Origin: Azolla caroliniana
Taxonomy: Eukaryota; Plantae; Polypodiophyta
Direction of reading: 5' to 3'
DNA: 64,000 nt
Assembly: GCA_043228905.1 (NCBI GenBank)
Contig: JBHGNT010000013.1
Coordinates: 16,616,001-16,680,000 of the forward strand
Position 1 is the first letter of the stretch. Each line of letters starts with the position of its first letter. The notes beneath the pieces are model-generated. The model did no database searches, had not been told where the DNA came from, and saw only the letters and a program-made list of their open reading frames with translations. Shown piece by piece: positions 15,918 to 28,927 of the stretch. The translations under genes and the position numbers were made by a program.

Positions 15918-18469
15918 TGTCCCTTTCTGGTTCAAAGAGCATGATGATGACATCGATCATTTGTAGAGACTCATCAATGGGCGGCTTAGATTAATTTCAG
16001 CAGCAAAGTGAATGCATTCATTTGTCAATCTTTTACATTCTCAACCGCTCTTGATTATCCCGGTTTGCATCTCATTGAAAATCCTCTTTCCATCCCTTTA
16101 TTCGTTGATTCCCAAAGCTTTTGACATGTTTCTCATACTAGAAATCTTAGCTTACAATTTCGTGGAAAGAACTAATGATGCTGTCACATAAAATAATAAG
16201 ATTGTTTATTTTGCTCACACGATATTCAAAGTTTTACCTTTTTTCCACCTGCAAGGATTCCTCAAAATGATACATTATGTGAAGCAATCTTGTCCACCCT
16301 ACTTTTTAAACCTTCAATCCTTGTAAATTGTAATACCACATCACCTTTGCTCTAGCCTCTAGACATGGTTGTCTTCTTTTTCAACAAAGTAATTATTGGA
16401 TATCAATATTTAATCTTTGACTTGGTGCTAATCGTTTGCCTCCTAAGCATTGTTGCAGATATTCCTATGCTTATGGGTGATGGTATCAGTAAATGCTTGC
16501 CAATCGTGGTTTCACAACTCTATATTTAATGACAAATGAGAAAAATGGTAGTCTAAAATTTCTCTTGCAATGAAAGTAAATTTTCATGTTCTATGGCCAA
16601 AGTGATCAAGAGTGTGAATGTTTGGATGACATGTTGGCCTAAGTCCTCTCATATCTTTCAAATTAACTTAACTTTGTTTAGAGGCTAGATCAATTATTTT
16701 GAGATTTACTTAATGTCTTAGGGACACTTGTTATTTGTCAATTGTTGAATTGTGATTCCTTTTGAAATCAATACAATGTACACACCTTACTTCCATGATG
16801 TTGAATGATAATGTTTTACTGAGTATCATTTAAAACTGAATACAAAATGAGAATCATGTTTGTCAGCATTTCATCAGCAAGAACATGCTACCACTTTTAG
16901 TGCTTAGGTTATGAAAAATGAATTTTCTCATGAGGACATACATGTTTTCTACGTTGATATTGTTTTATGAGTTCTCATCATTTTCACTCTTGATATAATA
17001 TATTGCTAAGAGTAAAAGAATAGAGAAATATGTCCCATTATCTTGGATAATGATGAAACCAATAATAATGAGTTTGTAGTTTGAACCCATGCTCTCAAGA
17101 TTAACGTTCTTCTTCACCTTTTAACATGATGCCATTATTAAAATAATCCACTCTTTATTATCTTGTCAAATTGTTGTCACGGACCACGGTTTTTCATGTT
17201 TTGTCCTTCATAATTGATATATTATTATCAAAATTTGCATATGTTCAAGTAATTCTTAGAACATAAAATATCTTTCGTGTACTTTCTATTTGTAACCACA
17301 TAATTATATATTCAAGCTATTATTACTTCCTAGTTGCTTACAATTGTATTCTATTACCCTCTCTTGTCACCTTGGAAGAATTTAAACATGTTTCACACAA
17401 GACAATGTTAACAAACAACAAACACTATGAACATAAAAATAAGGCACGTCAAATCACTATGTGAAAAAAAGGCATGTTACATGTTAGTGGAAGACAACTA
17501 ATTTGTGATTCCTTGATGTACATTTGTGAAAGTGCACAAATAGTTCAACAACAAACAAAAGCAAATGAAGAGCATGGGATTGTAAACCATGCTTAAAAAG
17601 TGTGAAGAAATGTGTCACAATAAATGGATTGGAATTAATGACAATACCAAATTGACAAAGCTTATGTATGGGAATTTCATTAAAAGTTGATGATTGATGA
17701 TAATGTCGTTAGTACCATGGTGATAAGGAAATGATAAAGTTATGAGGAGTATATGAAGAAATAATGGAGCCAAACACCTTCAAATTTTAAGTGACATGCC
17801 TAACACCTTGAAGATAAACCAATGCCTAACATCCAAGTCCCTATACTAGAGTGCTACAAAAAAAACAATGGTTTTCTAGGGGCTTACCCTAGCCAAAAAA
17901 TTGAGTTGAATGAGAACTTATAAAAAAGGCAACTGATAATACATTGTAAGAGAGGAAAAGAGAGAACACACAAATGTGGTGGCAAGTACCTTTCTAGAGG
18001 GTCTCAAGGAATCACATGTATAGTTTGCACAAGGCACTAGAAGGTACCTAGATGTTTGTGTTAGTCTCTCTCATTTATAGTGAGAAAAAGAGAGCAAACA
18101 CAAATGTGATGGCAATGTGCCTTTCTAGAGAGTATCTTTGATCTCTCTTTTTTATTGGTTGGGCATTGGGGCAACACCATGGGAGATCAACACACCGTTA
18201 TGCGTAAACATCGTGATTATGTACTTGGACACCATAGGTGGTCTAGAGACTATTGTTTTGTGTAAGCATCATGATTTCGGTCTCAAACAAATAAAATGCA
18301 AGCGCTAACGAGATCATTTCCCAGTTTGCAAGGTTGCATGCAAGCCCGTTGTGTGTGCCTCGCAAGTAAGCGAGGTTATTAATGGGCACGTGGAAAAACC
18401 GGCGACGGAGACAACAATGTATTTATTATAGCTCAAGTTGAGTAGGTAGGGGGCATACTTTAGAGATGA

Positions 18470-18895
18470 GCATCCAGAATCCCATCCATCAAGACCAGCC
18501 ATCGCAACGCTCACCACATTTGCGATTAAAAAAGGAATCCCATCCACATGATGTTGGTCCATCAAGGCCAATCATCGCAACGCCCATCAGGTTTGCAAAA
18601 TACAAAGAATCCCATCCATGTGGGTCTTGGATGGCTCTTGTTGTACATTAAGTTCCATGAGAGGGGGGGTATCGCAGCAAGTGAAAGTGCCGCTGTCATC
18701 AATCTGTCAATGGGCATGTCATGTTAGATGCAGCTGTTATTGAGTGAGAGAGAGAGAGAGAGAGAGGGTCCCACAAGTGGAACCATTGCCCCGTTGCCTT
18801 CAATCCATGAACCCGTGGGGTCGTGTTCTCGTGATCCCGCCATCAATCCATGGGACCTGTGGGGTCAGTGTTCTCGTGAGATCCTGACCCATCAA
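18470..18895. repeat. Two clusters of imperfect direct repeats upstream of SCAB
   Basis: gaatcccatcca x3 and ccatcaag..catcgcaacgc x2 (18470-18620); gtggggtc.gtgttctcgtga..ccatcaat x2 (18812-18897). Confidence 0.6.
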
Positions 18896-18935
18896 TGTGT
18901 GAACCCGCAGGGTTCGGGCAAGAGGCGGATCCTGC

Positions 18936-18988
18936 CGGCCCACCGGCCGGCCCACGGCTGCATATTCTTCTTGGGCGTATTATAAAAT
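18936..18988 (+). promoter_or_regulatory. Site II-like GGCCCA motifs and TATA box of the SCAB gene
   Basis: ccggcccaccggccggcccacgg followed by tattataaaa, ~350 bp upstream of the first in-frame ATG. Confidence 0.4.
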
Positions 18989-19335
18989 CATATCAATAAA
19001 TAGAATATCTAATCAAATAACTATTTGTCTTTTTGATTGTCCGAAGAAGCTCCATAGCCATAGCCATAGCCATAGCCATAGCTACTACAGTCTACAGCTA
19101 TAGCTCCCCCCCCCCCCCCCCCCCTCTCTCTCTCTGCACTCGCACACACAGAGAAGAAGATTCTTTCTTCTGCATCTTTCGGCCCTCAGATTCCACTGTA
19201 AAGCTTCTCCGACATCGCGACCTCATCCATCCATCCATCTATGCTTCCTCCTCCTCCCCCTCCTCCTCCTTAATCCTGCAGGAAATTCTCACTGCACTCA
19301 TTCCCCCTCCCATTTTGTTTTTTGCCTCCGAGGCT

Positions 19336-22300
19336 ATGCACCCCTCTGACCATAGCCAAATCATCGCTGCAGACGTCTCCCTGTCAGCGCTCCCGCATGC
19401 CTTCTTCCTTCCCTTCCATGGATCCTCCTCCCACCTCTCTCCGTCTAATGCTCATGTAAGTGGTGCCGCACCTGGTCTGCGTGCAGACAGTATGGACGAA
19501 GATGAAGAGATTGTAGCTTCCTCTTCTTCTTCCCCAATCGCACCTACGGTTAGAGAGATCGTGACCAGAGAATCATCTCAGATTGTTGAGCTCCAGAGAC
19601 GTTTCTCTGTCCGTGATCTCGCGAGCAGGTTTGAGAAAGGTCAGGCTGCAGCTCAGGCAGCCGTGGAAAAGCTCTCCTCAGATGTAAGCTACTTCATTCA
19701 CAGTCATGGTCTTCCCTCTCGTAAATTGTTACCACTTTCTGCTAACCCTTTTTTCCGGTTCTAAAATTGTTTCTAGTTTCTGAATAACCACATGTTCGCT
19801 CCCTCCCTTTCAGGTTAGGCTGAGGGAAGCAGCTTCTCTTGATCAGCACGCCCTCCTACAAAAGCTTCGTGAAGTTCTAGAATCTCTCCAAGGTCGAGTA
19901 GCAGGAAGCAACAAAGATGATGCAGAAGAAGCCTTGACCTCTGTAAGCCACTCTGTACATTTGCAAAACTGAAGTTCTTTCTTTCCAGTTCCAAATCCTT
20001 ATTTGTAAGTTCTGTGTATTTTTGCACAACAGGTGGATGCTTTATCGTCGCAATTGATTCAAAGAGAGTCTGAGCTCGCGCAGGAGAAGTTGGAAGTAAG
20101 AAAGTTGGCGGCACTTTTCAAACAAGTAGGTGCAAATATATGACTTTTGCTCCAGGAACACAACCCCTTGTTTATTGTCCTTTTCTTAATGCCGTCTTTT
20201 AATGATAATGGTTCATTTACATGCACGTCTACAAGGGATATAGTCCTCATAAAATCATAAGGCATCCAACTACATGGCCTTCGAATCTATAGGATGTTTT
20301 ATTTCTGTGCACAAATTTCCCCGCAGTATTATCATGCTTCTTTATAGATGATCTTCCTGTTGTGTCGTGTAGTTTTATGTCACTAAAAAGAAATTCTTGT
20401 GCGATTTAATCATGCTTTTTCAACCTTCTTAGACTATGAAATGTTTTATATAAGAAGCTAGTTTTGAGTGGAGGCCGTGTTTGGATAATTTGAATGACCT
20501 GAATTTCGTCCAGGCTTCTGATGATGCCAAGAGGATGGTGGAAGAGGCAAGAACCATTGCTCATACTGAGATTGAGGCTGCTAGAGCTGCTGCAAGGAGG
20601 ATGGAAGAGGCACTTGAAGAGAGAGAGAAGTTCCATGGAGTGTTATCCCAACAGGTGTGATCAATGACCCTAAAAGACCATGCTTTTGATCCAAAGATTA
20701 ACTAAGAGTATATTTTGTAGTAATTTTTTCCAAAAATAATCAGTTTCTTAGTAAAGTAAAGAGCATCAATAACTTTATTTTTTACAGGAATTAGATGATA
20801 TGAGAAGGGAGGTGCAAGAAGCAAGAAGAATAAAGATGCTCCACGAGTCAAGTAAGGTGAAGGCCTCTTATCTGGGCTGTATTTGAAATATAAGCAACAT
20901 TATAATGTTATCCCTTGTTTATAGGTCAAAATATGGCTATTGTTGACGTGTAACCCTTTAATTAATGTACTGATTTAACTTTAATCATGTGTTCCTCCAA
21001 GGAAATCTGTATCATAGAATTTCCACTAGATGTTGAACTTGTGCAATGAATAACTTTAGTGGATGATGTTCTTATTCATCTCTTAATATTGTCAAGCTAT
21101 TTTTAATTTTGATATTCTAGGTTAGCAATTTGCAGAGTGAATACCCAATTGTTATCAAACCTGTAAATAAGTTTCTGTAACGAATGCAGTATTTTACGGA
21201 TAATGCTATTTTGATCAGTTACTAAATGTGAGTAGTTTTACAGGCAATGGACATGGAGCATGAATTGGAGGGTTTAAGACAAGAGCTTATAGAGAAAACA
21301 GCTGAGATCATGAAGTTGCGAAAAGAAGTGAGTGCTTATTTTTTATCTGTGTTTTACCTTAAAGTCATTGTTTGTAGCACTATAATATCATGACAGCTAA
21401 CACGAAGTCTATAGAGAGATGAATTCGTATTACAATCATATTCTTTCTTTAAGACATAGCCTAGGATGAGCATCATAGTATTGTGTAAATGTGGCTTATT
21501 TGTAAACTAGGATGAGTTTTTTTATTTCTCTTGTAGTGTAAGAAAACAATTCTATCCCCTGCTAACTATTCGTATAATGTACTCTTTGGTACAACATGGC
21601 TTCACAATTCAGTACTTGTGCTAGATTTTCGCGTAGTGTATGAGTTGTTCGATTTCCACATATCGATATCCTGCATCACATGATGTGTCTTGGTTCTTGG
21701 AAGAGATCATAAGTTTCAAATTTTGTCTTTTTGTAGTTGCAAGCACTGCGATCACCAGATGGGGAAAGGAATATTCTGTTTCAACTTGAAGGCACTGAAA
21801 CACTAGGTTCTTGCTTGCAAGTAGCTGCCTTGGATGGTTGTAGTGTGGATCTTTTGAAATGCAGTTTCCAATGGCATCGCATTTCTAGAGATTGCAAAAG
21901 AATGGAACTTATTTCTGGTAAGATCTTTTACTTCCAATCTCGTCCACTCTATTATTGTCCACTTTGGTTAGGTTTAGATGGGGATATTCCAAGCTATATT
22001 TGAGTCGGATTAGTGCATTTATGTGTATGCCATGTGACTCGAACCATTGTTGGGTTTCATCATACCAACAATGAATATCTCCAATGTTAAGCAAGTTGTT
22101 TTGATGACATAAGCAAGTTGGATACTAATCGCTAATTAGAATATGCCTCAATGATTATTGGAGCTGCTCTCATCTTTGCCCGGATTATATCATGGGGCAC
22201 TGATGCTTTGCACCTTATCATGTGAGCAATCATTGAGACTAAAGGTCTCTCTAAATCTTTCAAGTTATTTGCCTTGTTAAGACTCAGTCCGAGGTTTCTA

Positions 22301-25300
22301 CTTCATACAAAAGAGTTGGTGTGACAAGTGTATCGATTAGCCTCAATTTAGTTTGTGGCTCTTGAAATTGCAAGTGTGCACATTGTCTCTCAAGAGCACA
22401 AATTGCTGCATATCCACAAGAAAGTCGAGCACAGGTAGCCTCCAGTAAGGGGAACCGAGGCTCTTTGAATGTTACTCCTAGGTATGTGTAGGATTGTATT
22501 TGGGCCACATTTTCCTTTCCAATATGAGATTTGGTTTCTAGTCTTGTTATCATGCTTGTCTGGTGTTGAGCACCATTTTGCTAGTTTTATGTATGTTTAC
22601 CGATAAACCTTTGTCCGTACAAAATACTTGGAAAGCATTTAGCGATTTAGGGTTCGTCCAGATTGTTAGAGATCAACACAAATTTGTAAACATATAGCAA
22701 TATGTAAGACTATACGTGTGAGGCATGCTCCCAAACCATTGAATCTCTTTATGTAATATGACACCTCATCTATGTAGAAATTGGAGAAATAGACAGAGAG
22801 AGATTATATTATCATCATTGAAGGTCAAATATGGTCTATGAGACCTATAATATTACATTTTCACGTACTACATGTGAAAGTGAGTCATTGCTCTCGATGT
22901 GCAAGAACTTTACTAATGAACGTTGCAATCGAGAGTGCACATTGTGATTATGAAAGAAGTTTGTGCAAGGATTGTGTTTGGTTGAAAATGTGTAGGAAAC
23001 ATAGTCGAATGTGATCAAAGGCAGAGCGTGGTACCAAAGTGTGATACTTAGATTCTTGAACTTGGTGCAAGCAGAGTGTGATATTTGACTATGATCACTT
23101 GTGCTCCCACGTCTTGTCTCACATCGTAGTGTGTGTGAGCGAAGTCACATGGAAGGAATAGTTCTATGGCTAACAGTTGGATGGGCTCAATGTGTGTGGT
23201 TTCCTTGTTCGGCAAAGAATATGGTTTTGTAGCTAGGTGCAACATATGTAGTATAATTTGTGAAGCTTGAGCTTCAACATTATCCCATGGCATGATACAT
23301 TGGCGTTGCTAAAAGGTCTCTTTTCAGAGAAATCTAGATGCATCATGGAGCAAGCCATTTTCCGTATCTTGCATTGAACTAGAACTCAAAATTTTGCTTT
23401 CATGTGTCTTTTGGATCTTTTTGCTTGTTTCCCATGTAATTCTAGAGAGTCAATGCGAGGGACTTTTTTGAAGCTTAATCATGTGTTTAATAACCCTTTC
23501 CATCGCCATGATCTTAATTCAAAGTGATCCCATCTCAAGTAGGAGGGTGTATGGCATTTGTTTCTTGACTTAGAGAAATTTTGTAAGGAAATTCTTTCGT
23601 ACATTTTGAAATTGTTTCTAAGTGGACTTAAGGATGCAATTGCTCCATACTTCCACACTATAGAGAAGAACCAATGTCACAAAAGGTGTTTCTTGATAAC
23701 CCAAAAGTTAATGCTCAATTATTACAGATGTTCTCAAATTAACAATAAGCTCTCTTTCTTGCCTCTAACAATGAGTAGCACACTCCTTCCATTTATGATT
23801 TAAAGGAACCTCAAGGGCAAAGTTTTTGAAGCGTTCCACAATTTCAGGTGGCGCATTATTGTACATAATGCAGGGTATAACTTTTTTTGGGCTCTAATCA
23901 AGCATAATCTTTGTTTTAGAGCTATTCACACTTTGACTTCATATGCATGCAAAATTCTTCCAATGCCATCATAAGCTTTTGTGTATCTCATGAAGTATTT
24001 GCAAAAAGCACTACATCATCCGCATACAACAAAAGCATGATGACTACATTCCTAATGACAACTTCTTCAATGCCTTCTTCCTTTACAAACCTGGCAACCA
24101 TTTGTTTTAATTCATCAATGCATAGACTAAATAGAGTAGGTGAGAGTGGGGATTCTTGCTTAATTCCAATAGTGCTATTGGAAAAATCTAAAATTCCATT
24201 GCCTATACACACATAACATATAACCTTCTCGTAGATTCACGAAATTGCAAATATATATTCATTGGGCACCTCGAGTTCTTCCATTTGCCTCCAAAAATGC
24301 TCACTAGGAACCATAACAAAAGCTTTCTTGAAGTCCATGAAGCAGCAATATAAACCTTTGCCCCTCTAAGTGACTTTCGTCCATTAATATGCAAAGGCTA
24401 ACAAGGTGATCGAAAGCCAACTCATTCATAAGCTCTTTTACCATTTTTTTCAACCCATGCACTCACCTTTGATTCCATTATACATCCAAATAGTTTTGCC
24501 ATTAGCAAGCTGACTATGATGATTCGAGAATTCTTTATAACGTTTTCACCTTTATACAAAAGTTTGATCCAATTTCTAGTCCATTTGTAGAGCACGCATT
24601 GTATTATTAAACATATCATTTAACCATGTGAGTGCTTCTTTGTTTGTCCATTTGAGCATTTTAGCCTTTATACATTGAGGATCTCTTTCTTTTCAAGAGG
24701 CCAATTTCTTAAGCCGTACATCTTCAATCATAAAGAAAGGAGACATATGTGAAAGAGAACCATGTCACATCATCTTTCTGACAATTGATACCTCATACAA
24801 ATTCTTACAATGCATAGACAAGTCCATAAGAGTTAAATCAACACATGCATGTGCTTTTTCTTGTGTTTATAGAAATTGTTGAATAACTTGCCATATTCTT
24901 CTCTTTCTTTAGATAAGTCTTTTGTACTCATACAAATCCTTTTGAATATTTTCCTTACCCTTTACTACAACAAAACCCAGAAGGCATTTTCAAGCGTCAT
25001 GACATTCCTTATCAAACCATTTTTTCTTTGAACTACATTTCTTGATGCATTTCCAAGGGGGTGCTTTTTGAAAAAGCATTTGTTTGTGCATGAGAAAAAC
25101 TCGTTCGCATGCCCATACAAGAAGTTTGGAACTTGATGCACAACGATCTTTCATGCCACATATCTCAAGGATGCAAGAGGGTATACAAATGTATAGTGGC
25201 TCTTCTATTGATGAAAAAGATCTGGGTCAATTTGGGAAGTTACTCTTACGAATGTGCAATAGTATTTTGAATTGCATACACAAGTTCTCACTTGGTACAT

Positions 25301-26693
25301 GGGCACTGAAATCCCATTATAGTACTTCATGTATTGATCGCAAATGAATGAATAGGTTTGATTGTGAAAAGCTGATTGAAGATAATAATCTGCATTTGAG
25401 CATAGAGGGGGAGAGAGAGAGAGAGAGAGAGAGAACTAACAGGTGCAGTAAAGTCTCAGTATGCTCCTGAACCCTTTGATGTTGGAAGATGCTTGAGAGT
25501 GGATATTACTCTACCAAATGGAGAGAAATGTATGGCTTCGTCTTCTGGAGTTATTGATCCAGGTATCATTTTTCACGTCTCACGGGATTGGACTTGTGTT
25601 TTGAATTTCCCATTCCCAATATTATTTAAAATTTTTCATTTATGATTTATTTGTTATTACAGCTCCTGGTTTGGGAAATTATGTTGAGGCGCTTGTTCAA
25701 AAAGGAGGTGCTGAATTTCAGGTATTTGTCTAAAATATTATTATTTCTGTAGTATTATTGTTTTAAGATCCACACTGTTTTACAGAGCAACCTGCACACT
25801 TTTCTTGTGAAATTAGAATGATTTCATTTTGCATGGCATCACACAGCATTGGCTGAGTTAATGTAGCTGTGGTACCATCAGAATTAGGCCACTTGGTAAA
25901 ATCTAACCGCCTTTCTATATGCGCCAAAGTCTTTGTTCAGGGCCCTGGTCCCGCAGTGCCCTAACCCACTTCAATGCCCTCTCTCCCTACCAAATCAAAA
26001 TGCCATCAAAAGTACTGATTAGTTGTGGCATGTGGTAACTTTTACATGAAAGGAAGTGGTACCTTTATCACTTGATGTTATTGAAATTAGTTTGTGCATT
26101 GGAAATTAATACTGTGTTTCCTCCTTCTATAGGTCATAATTATTCAGCAAAATGGGCAAGTTGTTGCAAAGCAGAGTGTACATGGGTTTAATATTGGTCG
26201 TGTACGCATTAAGCTAAGAAAAGGACGAAGCACCAAGGCAAAGGAGCCTTATTCGTCCTCTATGCAGGTTAATCTTTATGGCCATTATTGTTTTCTTCAT
26301 GTTCCAATGTGGAAAAAATAAATTTGGTGTATGAAAGCATTTACAACCAAGATTTTTTGTTTGTTTGAATGATTTCTTGAGTGTTTTGCTACATAAAATG
26401 CAGCTCTGTGGAGCGAGAGGGAGTGGAATATCTGCTGCTCAAGGCATCTTTTGGCAGGCTAAGAAGGGTTTGACGTTTTTGCTGGCTTTTGAATCAGCTC
26501 GTGAACGGAATGCCGCAGTGATGCTTGCACGGAGATTCTCATTTGATTGTAATGTATGATACTGTTGTCCAAACCCATTGCTTGTGTCTTTCATTATGAA
26601 ATACCTCATTCATTTGCTCTGCTAATGAAATAGCATTTCTGTATGCAGATAATGCTAGCTGGTCCTGATGATCGGGCACCACTTGGAACATGA
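19336..26693 (+). CDS. SCAB: Stomatal closure-related actin-binding (SCAB) family protein, ~12 exons; start may instead be ATG 19492
   Basis: Actin-binding domain VREIVTRESSQIVELQRRFSVRDLASRFEK, then coiled coil (EVQEARRIKMLHE). Ig-like part is LEGTETLGS...QWHR...ISGAVKSQYAPEPFDVGR. PH-like C-terminus is MQLCGARG...FWQAKKGLTFLLAFESARERNAAVMLARRFSFDCN-IMLAGPDDR, with stop TGA at 26691-26693. Confidence 0.93.
21945..22785 (-). mobile_element. Degenerate internal fragment of the RTEX-like LINE family (same family as 37685-41075) in a SCAB intron
   Basis: ORF 22284-22553 (SYTYLGVTF...ALERQCAHLQFQEP...DTLVTPTLLY) is nearly identical to the peptide encoded at ~39490-39690. Confidence 0.88.
22950..25350 (-). 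mobile_element. Second, more decayed LINE (RT-bearing, different family) in the same SCAB intron
   Basis: Fragments TIGIKQESPLSPTLFSLCIDEL...LLLYADDVVLF and LMAKLFGCIMESKVSAWVEKNG, with many stops and frameshifts; ends are approximate. Confidence 0.8.
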
Positions 26694-27950
26694 CCAGAGG
26701 CACACATGTCCAGCCTTCTGTAGACATGATCATTTTTGCCTTTCTAGGGATGTAGTACATGATGGAACGGTAGTAGGAATGTTAATATCGGTGTAGTAGG
26801 AACAATGTGTTGTCACTTACTTTGCTGCAGGCTGGAATGTTGTATTGCAACAGGATAAATGGCATATCTTCAATTTGTGAGCTTCCTTCATCGAATGCAA
26901 AGCAGGAAAGATTTCATTGAATACACTAATTTTCATTTATTGGTAACTTTGAGCCTGCTGGTGGTGATTACACTATTAAGTAATCATGGGATGTGAACAC
27001 GCTAAAATTAGCCACAATATTCACCTTCCATATAAACTGAATATTGCCCTACGACACATTTAATAGAGCCATATAGTGGTTGCGATTCACAATGTAGACT
27101 TGTGTAGAAAGCATCAACTTAACGTAATCAAAATGAATGAGAATCTTTATTTGTTCAGGGGCAGCCGGCAGGCGTATCTTGTAATATATGATTTAAATGC
27201 ATGTGCATGAAACTATAATATTATGATAGATTCTCTACTTTGACCTAACATCCTCCTGATTAATTGGGATTGACTACTCTTTATTATTGTTGCCGTCCCA
27301 GCTGTAAATATTTTGTGAATACTCACTTTGAAATAGCTCTTTTCTCTGTTTGGATAGACCATCCGATGTTTTATGTCTTCCCTTTGTAAGTTCAGTAAAA
27401 TGTTGCTACAGAAATTGTTCAATTGTGTTTGCACACAATTACCTGACATGTTGGAAGTGTATAGATGGCACATCTAATTAGCATAAGATTCATCTTTCTA
27501 AAATGGTTTGTTCATGGTTGCTTAGCTGTATGATGAAATGCAAATTCCAGTGTTTTGGTGGAGTCTTTAATTAATGATGAAGGATGGAATATTTCAATAT
27601 CTTCTCCTCTGTAATAGAAAAACCTTAAATATCAAGAGCATTGGTACACTGGGCATGTTGACAACTGTTTCCAGCTTTCTTGTACTGGTACCAGTAGAGT
27701 GCTTCCCTTTCCATTACATGTATAGTATCTCCCATGCGATGATTAAGTCAACTCTCTTTTGTACAATCCAGTCTTTCAGTTGCCCAGGCCCCCAAACTAT
27801 AGTTCCATAGGTCACATTTGGTGCTGCACATTATCTAAATATTCCCCCGCTTCATCCTTCAGTGTCTACTAAACTCTTTTTGTTGAAGGGTTTAGGGTTT
27901 ATTAAGTTTTTTTGGTCTTATTAACAAAGGAAATTTTGGGATGTTAATTA

Positions 27951-28313
27951 GAAATGCAGGATTTTTGCCAGAAGGCAATACAATGATAATTCCTTTACTA
28001 TTGGTAAAAGGATACCATATAAATACACATGATTCTTCTACCTACCCACAGCAAGTGAACTAAGTATTAGTGAGAAATGCAGGATGCAGAAGGCAATACA
28101 ATGATAATTCCTTTTTTGTTGGTAAACGGATACCATATAAACACACACATCGTTCTTCTAGCTACCCACAGCAAGTGAACTAAGTATTAGTGAGAAATGA
28201 GGATGTAAACCAGAAGGCAATACAATAATAGTTCCTTTTCTGTTGCTAAATGGATATGATATAAAACACACATGGTGCTTCTACCTACCCACAGAAGGTG
28301 AACTTAGTATTAA
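27951..28313. repeat. ~121-bp tandem repeat x3 between the convergent SCAB and ARL8 3' ends
   Basis: gaaatg..cagaaggcaatacaat..ggatac..ctacccacagcaagtgaactaagtattagt starts at 27951, 28074 and 28194. Confidence 0.9.
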
Positions 28314-28927
28314 CCACCTCCTTTGTATGCCATTCTATCAGAAGAATACGCCCTTGTAAAATCAAAAAGAGTATAACTGAGGCCAGAATCAGCAAGATTG
28401 TATGTCCATGCCAAGAAGTGAAGAAACTTACATGAGGGTGGCATATCTACAGATCATTTGAGGTATGTGATCAATATCTCAATGCCCAAACTGGAGACGA
28501 GGTCTATAATGCAAATACAAGAGCGAACTAAACCTCAAGTGATCATTAGGAAGATAATCTGTGGTATAATTTGTGCATAAAGAGTGGGAGAGAGCATAAT
28601 ACGATAATTAATTCATTAAACAAAACATCCTTTGCTTGGCTGACTGGTGGCTAGCTAGCAATTATAATTTATAACCTTTAAATTCAAATTATGCATTACA
28701 CTCGACATGCAATCAGAGTTACTAAGGCAATCTTACAACTCATTGATATTAACAATGGATCATATAATTTATCCGAGGGTCCGCTTTCCTTCAAGGTTTG
28801 TTTCAAATGGAAACACAAGATATGATCTAAAACAATCTCCTAAGCTTTGTATCCAAGAAAACATGCTTCCTTACAACAATAAGATTTCTAGAATACACAA
28901 TATGAGAAAGCCAGTTTCACAAGGACA

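Noticed and set aside
27951-28313. Tandem arrays as CRISPR-like arrays or snoRNA clusters
   Set aside because: Units repeat over their full length with no unique spacers and no paired C/D boxes, and the context is eukaryotic.
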